Position numbers and translations under genes: made by a program. The notes beneath the pieces were generated by a model that saw nothing but the letters and a program-made list of their open reading frames with translations, was not told where the DNA came from and did no database searches. Positions 9,201-17,402 of a stretch of DNA of 27,175 nucleotides are shown one piece after another; position 1 is the stretch's first letter, and each line of letters opens with the position of its first letter. This stretch comes from a virus (Duplodnaviria > Caudoviricetes): positions 1 to 27,175 of IMG/VR virus record IMGVR_UViG_3300031689_000044; one strand, 5' to 3'.

Positions 9201-10025
9201 CACTACTACAAATGCATTGATAAGGTAGTCAGGATCCATGCGGTACACCCTGTTGTCATGAGAAACAACAGATGCATCAAGTCCCTGAGGACCCACAAAC
9301 AAAGACTCTTGTGTTAGTGCATACCTTCCATCTTGATCTAAGGTTGCCTGACCCTCTGCAGGTGCCTTAAGGAACCCCATGTCAAGATCAAATACACTGG
9401 CTACACCCTTCTGTACCACTCCAAGACCACTTTCATACTCCGATTGAGCGACCTCAGGATCAGGAAACTTATCTGTATTCTCAAAGGATCTGGCAGTACC
9501 TAAGAGATCAAAGTCATTCTTCAGGCCTATCAGAGACCTTGCAACAACAGGGCCATTAACAGGGCCCCATATCTTCATAAGATCCTGAGGGCCTAAGTAA
9601 CCAGAGTCTAGCTCCGGTGACGATCCACCTAAGTCAAATCGTTGTTGCAATGACTGTGGTGCTTCTATCTGCTCCTGCCTTTGCTCTCTTTCCACAGGGG
9701 TCTGATTAGACTGCATGTACTCAGCTGGTACATCACCGAAGTCCATACTGGTCTGGTTAGGATCAGGTATAACACTTTGGTCAATGTCTGCGGAGGTAGT
9801 ATCGATACCACCCCATTGGACACCTTCGGGTACTGGCCCACCTCGTTCTGTGCGGGGTAGGTTTAGTTGCTTTTGTGGTGATGCGCTAAAAGGGGCAATC
9901 CCTTCAGGACCTACTTGTTCAGGGGCATTATCAAATATCCCTGCCCTCATAAGGGCATCAGCAGTGCCACTACTTAGACCTCTTTTAGGTCCACTTTGCT
10001 TTAGAGCTGTATACTTACCAGCCAT
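6219..10025 (-). CDS. Putative virion-encapsidated single-subunit RNA polymerase (N4 vRNAP-like, 1268 aa)
   Basis: Ordered motifs GNTRITM...SPQNHKMVR, motif A AQDGIANG, motif B KPPLMTFVYG, YTQPTG, TTIGFD and motif C PVYDEII. No Cys; sits in the internal-virion gene block. GGAGGT SD precedes ATG 10025. Confidence 0.82.
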   Translation of the reverse strand: MAGKYTALKQSGPKRGLSSGTADALMRAGIFDNAPEQVGPEGIAPFSASPQKQLNLPRTERGGPVPEGVQWGGIDTTSADIDQSVIPDPNQTSMDFGDVPAEYMQSNQTPVEREQRQEQIEAPQSLQQRFDLGGSSPELDSGYLGPQDLMKIWGPVNGPVVARSLIGLKNDFDLLGTARSFENTDKFPDPEVAQSEYESGLGVVQKGVASVFDLDMGFLKAPAEGQATLDQDGRYALTQESLFVGPQGLDASVVSHDNRVYRMDPDYLINAFVVVEAMLDNSGSFVPQGVIDTLSEDIMKQIGILDAANDSQSRTVTDIGRSVSDAWQGFRQVRAGGMDTQVNPKLFKRFSREANQLIGFNALHAYKEANPSYIDAVGDMAFGQAQPIVYNLTPTGRKALQLRSSQVSTPKFRVPPIIGETSKAGQPQYASSTRTKKTTGSQYDMGQVDVITDAIKFYSNVKSVVGGIRGKAAFGFGISALEEASSVDLTEGSANNHLTFVSDFFDVGHKRIDKIRNIPVEIEYQLNEAKKKLAAAQRYSGNDTDNMLLIMDVNVLSDFLELARTPEWQNGMYKKHATNQLEVLNALAHYKNDQIGFTFQRQLGNTRITMHQYQISPQNHKMVRQVLGSPHLYSIRPMSNTDEDYGVVVSIASFLLKVGGLKPDVVYRDTVKRMQSGNDPELKSLEAIGVEVGHWLLAFEDANAIRDLKQLEATPQGVMGVDNLIRNAELEDFKATLADLSQATRDFIDANAKAHPDEFINVLEATTELARYMQSYRSGKPYTTQMRMVAQDGIANGLAGLMAQLGQEHMMPRVGVYRPKGSPRILAEFEGLTGDPRDLLKYNLLTNPVSEIGKSSPEDAMKITRLIKLATEDKANFLKPPLMTFVYGQDLKSMKAYAVKAVISNPNSEIALIAGELGTDRAIKILNNALMGNLVATVGSDVVNYVNMLKNYVKVTGFVNEPIIYTQPTGQQTSVSGTVMTEAKLASAAVTRTRRKNEKGQFFDVANKKKFVAGNDGIYISEGGTSKSTVTSTYESDTSALYEKSGVAGLGASQGVLAQTTIGFDAASIVALVTGKSLQKLRASQNGRNPYLIPVYDEIITDAGSFRSAYKAINDAWLDTTLNYDLIGEMQKGIREATHRGLANLRALAEGNPSGSPADPNHAKYVYSEMGGMSSLTSIYHPKLADRAAAYLSMLDKKSSQYGDAPWAYITNKELYQLALAVFNDSGVKNLANNFEALRLHAKEGRKKIRANAKDVHQYTLDSLREAD

Positions 10026-10040
10026 AGGGTTTACCTCCAA

Positions 10041-13000
10041 TTATTTCCATTGAGTAACTTCATATAGTCTATGTTTCATTGGGCCTAAAAACGGTAGACT
10101 TCCATAGAAACTCTTCATCATCTTAGCATCATCATCTTCAAAGTAGCCTTCAGCTATCCTGTAGATTCTCTCCACAGTTCCTGCTGCAGCTGCTTCACTT
10201 GCAACGTTATTCCATGTCCACTCTGTGAAGTCTTTACTACTGTTACCATATAGTGGTAGTAGCATTGGACTTCCTATGATACGCTCACCAGTACCTATAA
10301 GTCCGGAAGAGTAGATCATACGTAAGACCTTATCCCTGTCTGTCAAGTAGGGTGACGGTCCTCCATACTTAAGCTCGTCTTTCATAGCCTGAGACAGGAA
10401 TCCCATGAACAGCATTGTAGCTGCTGAAGCAAAGGTTGAGTATCGTAATCCCTTAGAGTACTTAACACCATCCCACAAACGTGGTAACTGGTTAGAAGTA
10501 AACGCTGAGATATAACCATTAAACTGAGTGAGTAACATTAGATGTTGGTTACTATACGGTATAGGTCTGTTGAATGCATCTGGCATAGGTACTGCTTGGT
10601 TAATGAACCGACCAGCCCCTATCAAGAAGTTACGTTCCCATGTGGCCTGATCAGCCTGTGACAAACCATCCCAACCAGATCTAGACTTCAAGAAGTTATT
10701 GATACGGGTGAATGAAGCTTTCTCAGAAGCTGTGAGCTCACGCCCATCCTTAACCTTCTTATTCAACTCTCCCATCCGCATTGTATCTTCATGCGTAAGG
10801 CTTGAGATATCAGGAAGACCTAGCATCTGGTTAGAGATACGGGTCATTGCTTCAACATCAATACCTAAGTCCTTAAGCATCTTACGTGATTCCATAAGCT
10901 CAGGTGTTGGCTCCTTGCCCCTGTAACTCATTATAATATCCATCTTATCAATCAAGAAGTCATTAAAGAATGCAGCTCGTATGTTACGGTGCATCTGTGT
11001 CTGATCTTGTAAGAAGTTAGACTTAAAGAATGCGTCTGCGATATGCTTAGTCAGCTGGTTAGTTTCAACCATACCTGTTGTGGTTGCTGCTCCTGTCTCT
11101 TGGAGACTAAGTCCGACCCTCTGGACAATAGTCTCAGGGGATCCAGCAAACATCCTACGGGGGTCTCCAGCTGAACGTGCATCAGGTTCCACCTTTGCCT
11201 TAGGTTTAACCTTAAGCCCTAGTTTCTCAGCTGCACCGGATACCCTAGTGATCTCACCAAGGTTAGTTGCGTAAGACGCAAGGGCTTTACCAGCTTGGTA
11301 GCCTGCAAGACCTATGTTATCAACAATGACTTTACGTGGTACACCATGAAACAGTAGTCCAACCTCAGGGAAAGATGAGACAGCTGCCAGACCTAAGCCT
11401 TGCATTGCAGTAAGTAAAGTCAGATATTTCTGAGCTGTCTTCAAGTAGTAACTGTCTATGCGTTTGTAGTTACCTGACTCAGCATTGATAAGGTTACGTA
11501 CATGGTATGCAGCCTCATCGAACTGAGCTGTAGCTTCAGCCTGACGTTGAGGATCATCACCTGCTTTAATCATAAGACCTTTGTATAGGTTACGGAAAGC
11601 CTGATCCATCACCTCACCATTACGACCAAGGAACTTCATATGAGTCTGATATCGTGAAGACATACGAGACACTTCCTCAACGTTATTGAAGAAGTCTTGC
11701 TCAAGGAACTCATCAAAGAGTGCATTGTCAGACAGACCGAGTGTACGTGATTCATATTCAGATGGTGTGATACCACCCTCCATCACGTTAAATTCCTTAT
11801 TGTCATCTAATACTGTGTCATTGATGATGTTCTCAGCGATCTTAGTTGCTTGGTCATGTGTCATACGATACTCTTTGGAAAGTAACTGAATGAACCTAGC
11901 CTTATTAGCATCTATATACTCACGCTTGAACCCCTTATGCCTGAACATGAAGTCTTGAAGGTTATGTATAAGACCCTTACCGGCCTTTGCATTAACCTCG
12001 TTAGTCTCTTCAAAGACCCTGTTAATCATTGCTTCGTACTTAGTCAACGAACCTTCCAAGGCTTCCCTGTTCTTACGGTACTTTGGATCTACCTTATCCC
12101 AGTTGATCTTAGACATAGCCTTACGTACACCCATGTTCTTCACACCCTCTCGGTTCTTACGACCTGTGATAGGTGCTAATACTTCTTTGTAGAAAGCATT
12201 AATCATATCGGATGCATATATCTGCTTAGATGTAGAGCTACCTAAAGGGTCACTGTCAAACTGCTTATAGTGTTCAACTGCTTTACCTGAAAGAGTTTCA
12301 TGTGAAGCCTGCTTAACCCTCTGGTACTCTGCAAAGTTACTTCCATGAAAGATACCATGCCTTGTGTAACCAAATACACTTAACAATCTGGCAGCTTCAA
12401 CGTCAACCTCAGCCAGCTTAATCATTGCCCGTGATGCAGAAGACCTGAAGAAGTTCTGGGGGTTCTTTATGAATGCCCAGATATCTTTAGCTCCAAGGAA
12501 TCCCTCGGGGTTGTTCTTCCTGTGGTCATTTGCAGCACCTTCCATCATACTATCTTTGGATGTCTTACGACTTCCGTCTTTATTGTATGCAGTGCCGCTG
12601 TAAGCTTCGTTATTTAAAGCTTCTTTCTCAACACGACTACTTGCAGCAGCCTGTAAATCATCAGCCCATTCATCATTAGAACGTACCTTACCATGCTTCT
12701 TAAACTCTTCTTCTTCGGCATAGTCAAACTTAGTGTTGTACATGTCAGCCTTAGATGGGTCTAAGTAATCAGCAGTTGAACTCCAATCACCTACATCAAA
12801 TGCAGTCTTGGGTATTGACAATGCGCCACCCATGATACCGCCAGCAGCTATTGAGTTTATCATACGGTTCTCAACTTCATCGAAGTTCCACTCTTTATCA
12901 GAGCCAATAACAGCAGCTGTGTACTGTGTCATTTCCTGAAGTAGTTCCGTACTACCTTCAAATACAGCACCTCTTGAAAGCTGACCAGCAACCCTCTTAA

Positions 13001-14363
13001 ATAAAGCACCCTTGACTATCTGATCTTGAGCAAACTTAAACCCATCTTTGGATAGTTTAGCAAGCTCTAGTTTAGCCATTGAAGCTATCTGCTTCTCAGC
13101 GGCAGCTTCTGTCATACCTTTAGCGGTTAGGTTCTTTATAAGTTCTGCCTTACCACTACCAGTCAGGAACTGAGAAGGACCTATGATACCCTTCAGTCCT
13201 AATCGATCAGCAACCATCATCAGTGCACCAGCACCAATAGCAAGTGGTAGGTTCTTAGTACCTATGTCACCTTCCATTTCATCTAAGACTAAGCCAGTGT
13301 ACATCATACCTGTTGATGTTGCTCCTATGGCACCTACAGTGCCTACAACAGCAGCTCCTGCACCTAAGGCTCCAACCACAGGCGCAGCTGCCATACCTGC
13401 AACAGTCATTGTCATGTACGGTAGTGAAGACCCGAAGATAGTTGCAAGGTAATCTGTGGAGTCATGGAAAGAGGACCAGTCAACCTGAGTTATATCTGAT
13501 TGAAGCATAGGCATCTCTGCCATTTCCCTCTCAGCTGTGGCGACATTAGATGCAAAGTAAGTCTCAGCATCTTCAAACCCAGCTTCATTAGCCAGCTTCC
13601 ACATAACCTGATCAAAGCCTTTACCGATACCCATCCATGAGACATCCCAGCTTGCACTCATTGGAGAGTACGCCATACCCTCCGAGTCAGCCCCATCCAC
13701 ACGAGTACGAATACCCTTGTATAGATCTGGGTTAGCTGCGTACTCTTGCATGTTGAACGCCATAACCTTTTCAATAGGTATGCCACCAGAGTGTGCTGTC
13801 TCAGCAGAACGAAGTAACTTAGCAGCCTTCTCCCAATCTGATAACTTATCAAAGTTAGGGTCACGCATCTCACGTTGATATACACCACCCATATATACAT
13901 CAGACCCATAGGGATCTGTAGTCTCCTTAGACTTACCCATATATCCGGGGAGTACCATACCAGATGCAAGTAGCATGTCTGATAATGCAACACCATCGGA
14001 GTCATATAGGTCACCCAGTGAACGATCATGTGTGTCAAGCTCGTCACCTGCGGATACCTTTGTGAATCCATTCCTAGTGGCAAGATCCCAGATGTATTGT
14101 GTTGCTAGTTCACCACCAACTTCACCATGTTTAAACCCAGCATCATCACCTTGAGTAATTAACTTGCCAACCTCACGGGTATCAACGTTACCGACACGAA
14201 CTCGTTGACCTGTCTTAAGGTTCTTAGCTGTATCTCCATCAATTAAGGCCCAATCGGAATCCCCAAGTCTATAGGAAGGTGCTTGAGATGATCCTACCTC
14301 ATCTCCAGTTTTGTAATCTTCAAAAACAGAAGACAAAGCCTCCATCGTATCATCTCTAAGCAT
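10041..14363 (-). CDS. Large internal virion / ejection protein (T7 gp16-like C-terminus) with N-terminal thermonuclease (SNase) domain, 1440 aa
   Basis: N-terminal IDGDT..VRVGNVDTRE..DTHDRSLG..LLASGM. Gly/Ala hydrophobic segments and EGSTELLQE; C-terminal QAVPMP..LLTQFNGY resembles the end of gp16. No Cys. Confidence 0.75.
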   Translation of the reverse strand: MLRDDTMEALSSVFEDYKTGDEVGSSQAPSYRLGDSDWALIDGDTAKNLKTGQRVRVGNVDTREVGKLITQGDDAGFKHGEVGGELATQYIWDLATRNGFTKVSAGDELDTHDRSLGDLYDSDGVALSDMLLASGMVLPGYMGKSKETTDPYGSDVYMGGVYQREMRDPNFDKLSDWEKAAKLLRSAETAHSGGIPIEKVMAFNMQEYAANPDLYKGIRTRVDGADSEGMAYSPMSASWDVSWMGIGKGFDQVMWKLANEAGFEDAETYFASNVATAEREMAEMPMLQSDITQVDWSSFHDSTDYLATIFGSSLPYMTMTVAGMAAAPVVGALGAGAAVVGTVGAIGATSTGMMYTGLVLDEMEGDIGTKNLPLAIGAGALMMVADRLGLKGIIGPSQFLTGSGKAELIKNLTAKGMTEAAAEKQIASMAKLELAKLSKDGFKFAQDQIVKGALFKRVAGQLSRGAVFEGSTELLQEMTQYTAAVIGSDKEWNFDEVENRMINSIAAGGIMGGALSIPKTAFDVGDWSSTADYLDPSKADMYNTKFDYAEEEEFKKHGKVRSNDEWADDLQAAASSRVEKEALNNEAYSGTAYNKDGSRKTSKDSMMEGAANDHRKNNPEGFLGAKDIWAFIKNPQNFFRSSASRAMIKLAEVDVEAARLLSVFGYTRHGIFHGSNFAEYQRVKQASHETLSGKAVEHYKQFDSDPLGSSTSKQIYASDMINAFYKEVLAPITGRKNREGVKNMGVRKAMSKINWDKVDPKYRKNREALEGSLTKYEAMINRVFEETNEVNAKAGKGLIHNLQDFMFRHKGFKREYIDANKARFIQLLSKEYRMTHDQATKIAENIINDTVLDDNKEFNVMEGGITPSEYESRTLGLSDNALFDEFLEQDFFNNVEEVSRMSSRYQTHMKFLGRNGEVMDQAFRNLYKGLMIKAGDDPQRQAEATAQFDEAAYHVRNLINAESGNYKRIDSYYLKTAQKYLTLLTAMQGLGLAAVSSFPEVGLLFHGVPRKVIVDNIGLAGYQAGKALASYATNLGEITRVSGAAEKLGLKVKPKAKVEPDARSAGDPRRMFAGSPETIVQRVGLSLQETGAATTTGMVETNQLTKHIADAFFKSNFLQDQTQMHRNIRAAFFNDFLIDKMDIIMSYRGKEPTPELMESRKMLKDLGIDVEAMTRISNQMLGLPDISSLTHEDTMRMGELNKKVKDGRELTASEKASFTRINNFLKSRSGWDGLSQADQATWERNFLIGAGRFINQAVPMPDAFNRPIPYSNQHLMLLTQFNGYISAFTSNQLPRLWDGVKYSKGLRYSTFASAATMLFMGFLSQAMKDELKYGGPSPYLTDRDKVLRMIYSSGLIGTGERIIGSPMLLPLYGNSSKDFTEWTWNNVASEAAAAGTVERIYRIAEGYFEDDDAKMMKSFYGSLPFLGPMKHRLYEVTQWK

Positions 14364-14366
14364 ATT

Positions 14367-16712
14367 CTATTCCTTCTTATTGCTCGGCATAATGCCAAGA
14401 TCTGTGTATACATTTATATTAAGACTTGCATAACTGCTGTGCTGCCTGCCCGGATCTGTAGAAGAGGCCAGCCACATGATGAAAGGTGAGGACATGTTAG
14501 AGTCCTTAGCCTGCTTCTTCCAGAAGTCCATGTGTTTCGGAGGTATTGCTTGGAAGCTCTTGTTAAGTTGTATGAGGATGTGAGACTTAGTAGCTTCAGT
14601 TTTCATAACGTATTTTAACTCTTCCTTCTGATCCTCTGTGACAGTTTTTAAATCATTAGCCTTAGATATAATAACATTCTGCTCTCCATGAATCTTATTA
14701 AGTCTCTCTGATAGTATGTTCATTGCCTCTGTGCCAACAACCTTACCCTCTGAGTGATAGATAGACTTAGGTACTTGCACCACACCTGAGGTTATCATTG
14801 CCCGATCTAAGTGACCCATCAATGAAGCTATCTTAACTTCCTCACCATTAGCAACAGCTGAGGAGTACGACTCCATAGCTCGTCTGAGCATTGGAATACT
14901 CTTCTCAAGTCCATCAATGCCATAGGAGTCAGTGTAAGAGTCAACCATCTGTTGTGACAGACCAGCTTCTTGGAACATCTGAGTTACTTTAGCTACGTTA
15001 CCTTTGTCATACATACCCTCACCATCCGCATTCTTGGTTTGAGTATTCAACCTGTTCAATATCTGATCTTGGATCCTATTGACACTGTCTGTTGCATCTA
15101 GCTTACGAGTCTGACGATCCTTCTCACCTGTAGCAGCAGGTCTCCATCCTGTCTTAGAGACATCAATAGTACCTAGCTTAGGGTGGTTAAGGGACTTACC
15201 GTTCTTGGATGCGTACACCTTCTGGAAGTTACCATACTTGTCAACATAGTTAACAGTCTTAGACATATCAACAGCATCGTTTTCAGCAGCCTTAGCTGTT
15301 GCAGTCTGATCAAGCAAGTCTGCGTCAGCTTGGTTATCCCAACCTTTGAGTAACACCTGACCGGCAGCCATACCTGAACCACTAGCTGAGTAGCCCATAA
15401 GACGAGAACCCATGTAGTATACAAATGCATTCTGGATAGCCTTGTCATCCCACAGTTCACCCAGTGCATTGACAGCACCTTCCATCATGTCTTTGAATGG
15501 GATACCATCAATCAATCCTGCAAAGAAACTTGTAACGGTGTTAGTAACTTCTTCCTCATCTTCCTCATCTACAGTCTGGAAAGACCTTAATTGATCAGGC
15601 GTCAGTCCAGAGGCTAGTTTGATAACTTTATCTACAGAATTTTTATCTTCTTCCGGGAGGTTATCAATAGCCTTCTGTTCAGCTTGTTGCTTTTGTATCA
15701 ACGAGATGTCATTCAGTTTAGCCTCCAACTCCCCCTTAACTCGGAACAAGCCGGAGCCTTCAGCATCTGATTTAGCCATAGCTGCGTTAGCAGGTCCATA
15801 TCTTTCAAAGGTTTGAGCTATCTGGCGGTTGATATTGTCTAACTCTTCTTGAGTTGCTGCTGCAGATTCACCATAGGCATCACCTGCGGAAGCCTTAACG
15901 TCTGCAAGATTCTTCTCAGCACCAGCAATCATCTCTGGGCTTGCGTCAACCTCACGCATAATCTTTAAGTTCTCTTCAGCAACAGCGATAGCCTGTGTAC
16001 TTTCCTTGTCATATTCTGACTGTGTGAGATCTAACTCATTTCTGACATCCCAAGTACTACTTACGAATCCCTCTGTACCATTCGCCCACGCCCACATCTC
16101 TGTCTTTTCAAGATCCTCAGGTCTTCCGAGATTCTCTGAAGTTAAGGCCGCAAGCACCGGGTTAGCTACCTTAGTTACAGTACTAAGTGGTTTAAGTATT
16201 GAGCTCAGTGCTGGATACTTCACCGGTACTGGCTTGCCAAGGTTAGTTAAAACCTTCTTCCACTTACTCTTTGTCTTGTCCCATTCGTATCCTTCAGGTT
16301 TAGGTATCTTATTACCACTGGAGTCTGTGAATGTTGTCTTAGATCCGAGTACCTTACGACCATTCACATCTAGCTTAGCTTTCTCAGCAGCTTGCGCATT
16401 AGGCCCTAAGTTCCTACGTACAGGTGTGTTGGTTTTCTTAGGTGGTGGTGGGGTTGACTTAGCACTGGCAGCTTTTGCAGCATCTAGTGTTGTCTTACGG
16501 GCAGGCTGTGGACGTCCAGTGCCACTATCCACTTTAGCTGCTGCTCGTGCTCGTGCTTGCTCCTCAGCGTATGTAGGTACTCTTGCTCTCTCCGGTGGAA
16601 CATTTGCTCTTTCCCGTGGAACATTCGACTCTGAATGAGCCTCCATAGGTGGACCATCATATAGATTACCACCTCCAAAAAGAAGCCCTAGTTGTTCAAT
16701 TAATCCACTCAT
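14367..16712 (-). CDS. Internal virion protein (781 aa)
   Basis: Cys-free, with a disordered Pro/Lys-rich N-terminus and coiled-coil-like middle; positioned among ejection proteins. Confidence 0.65.
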   Translation of the reverse strand: MSGLIEQLGLLFGGGNLYDGPPMEAHSESNVPRERANVPPERARVPTYAEEQARARAAAKVDSGTGRPQPARKTTLDAAKAASAKSTPPPPKKTNTPVRRNLGPNAQAAEKAKLDVNGRKVLGSKTTFTDSSGNKIPKPEGYEWDKTKSKWKKVLTNLGKPVPVKYPALSSILKPLSTVTKVANPVLAALTSENLGRPEDLEKTEMWAWANGTEGFVSSTWDVRNELDLTQSEYDKESTQAIAVAEENLKIMREVDASPEMIAGAEKNLADVKASAGDAYGESAAATQEELDNINRQIAQTFERYGPANAAMAKSDAEGSGLFRVKGELEAKLNDISLIQKQQAEQKAIDNLPEEDKNSVDKVIKLASGLTPDQLRSFQTVDEEDEEEVTNTVTSFFAGLIDGIPFKDMMEGAVNALGELWDDKAIQNAFVYYMGSRLMGYSASGSGMAAGQVLLKGWDNQADADLLDQTATAKAAENDAVDMSKTVNYVDKYGNFQKVYASKNGKSLNHPKLGTIDVSKTGWRPAATGEKDRQTRKLDATDSVNRIQDQILNRLNTQTKNADGEGMYDKGNVAKVTQMFQEAGLSQQMVDSYTDSYGIDGLEKSIPMLRRAMESYSSAVANGEEVKIASLMGHLDRAMITSGVVQVPKSIYHSEGKVVGTEAMNILSERLNKIHGEQNVIISKANDLKTVTEDQKEELKYVMKTEATKSHILIQLNKSFQAIPPKHMDFWKKQAKDSNMSSPFIMWLASSTDPGRQHSSYASLNINVYTDLGIMPSNKKE

Positions 16713-17398
16713 TACTTTCCTCCTGCTCCACCCTTACCACCAGCAACATTACCTGTGCTTTGGTTGGGGAGTCCTATTGGGTTGCCATTGCCAGACAGCA
16801 CTGGGCTACCTGCAGTATCCCTTAGGACATTAGCAGCTGGTGCTTGTGGTGCATAGTTAGGTCTTGTCATTGGACCAGTTGTTGGTCGTGTAAGGTCTAC
16901 AAATGCTGGATCAAATGAGGGTATTGTTGCCTCTTGATAATCATATGCAGGTGGTGGTGTGAACACACTAGGGTACGTACCATTAACAATCTGATCTGGA
17001 ACACGAACTGTAGGGTCAATAGCCGGAGTCAAGCCACCATTGAGTGCTGATAACTTCTCAAGGACACGTTGGTCTGCATTCATTGGTGCTGTGTACTCCA
17101 TTGGAATAGCAGCAGGTTCCCTACCATCTAATGCAACAGCTTGGCTGTACATGTCAGGTGGTACTCGACTATCAAGTGCAACAGCTTGCTGGTACATATC
17201 TGGAGTTTTATCTAATGCAGCAGCTCTTTGGTCTGCTTCCATCAATGCCATTTGTTGTTCAAGGTTGAACACTGGACTAGGGACACGGAACCCAGAGTCG
17301 AATGGAATCTTAACACCATTCTTATACTTAGAGGTCGCAGGGCGTACCTGTGTGTCATTACTTACTTTAGCGAAGTAATCTTCAATCTTCTTTGTCAT
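16712..17398 (-). CDS. Pro-rich hypothetical, probably internal virion protein (228 aa)
   Basis: GGAG SD; TAATG junction with the next gene; ends GGKGGAGGK. Confidence 0.6.
   Translation of the reverse strand: MTKKIEDYFAKVSNDTQVRPATSKYKNGVKIPFDSGFRVPSPVFNLEQQMALMEADQRAAALDKTPDMYQQAVALDSRVPPDMYSQAVALDGREPAAIPMEYTAPMNADQRVLEKLSALNGGLTPAIDPTVRVPDQIVNGTYPSVFTPPPAYDYQEATIPSFDPAFVDLTRPTTGPMTRPNYAPQAPAANVLRDTAGSPVLSGNGNPIGLPNQSTGNVAGGKGGAGGK
17126..17225 (-). repeat. 45-nt (15-aa) tandem duplication within the 228-aa gene
   Basis: PDMYQQAVALDSRVP / PDMYSQAVALDGREP plus a partial upstream copy (AAALD). Confidence 0.7.
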
Positions 17399-17402
17399 CT
17401 TC

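Noticed and set aside
10026-10040. TTG start for the vRNAP-like gene
   Set aside because: The segment is itself the GGAGGT SD for ATG 10025.
14364-14369. TAG stop-codon reassignment
   Set aside because: TAG ends genes at natural C-termini (617, 19826) and long ORFs are intact under code 11.
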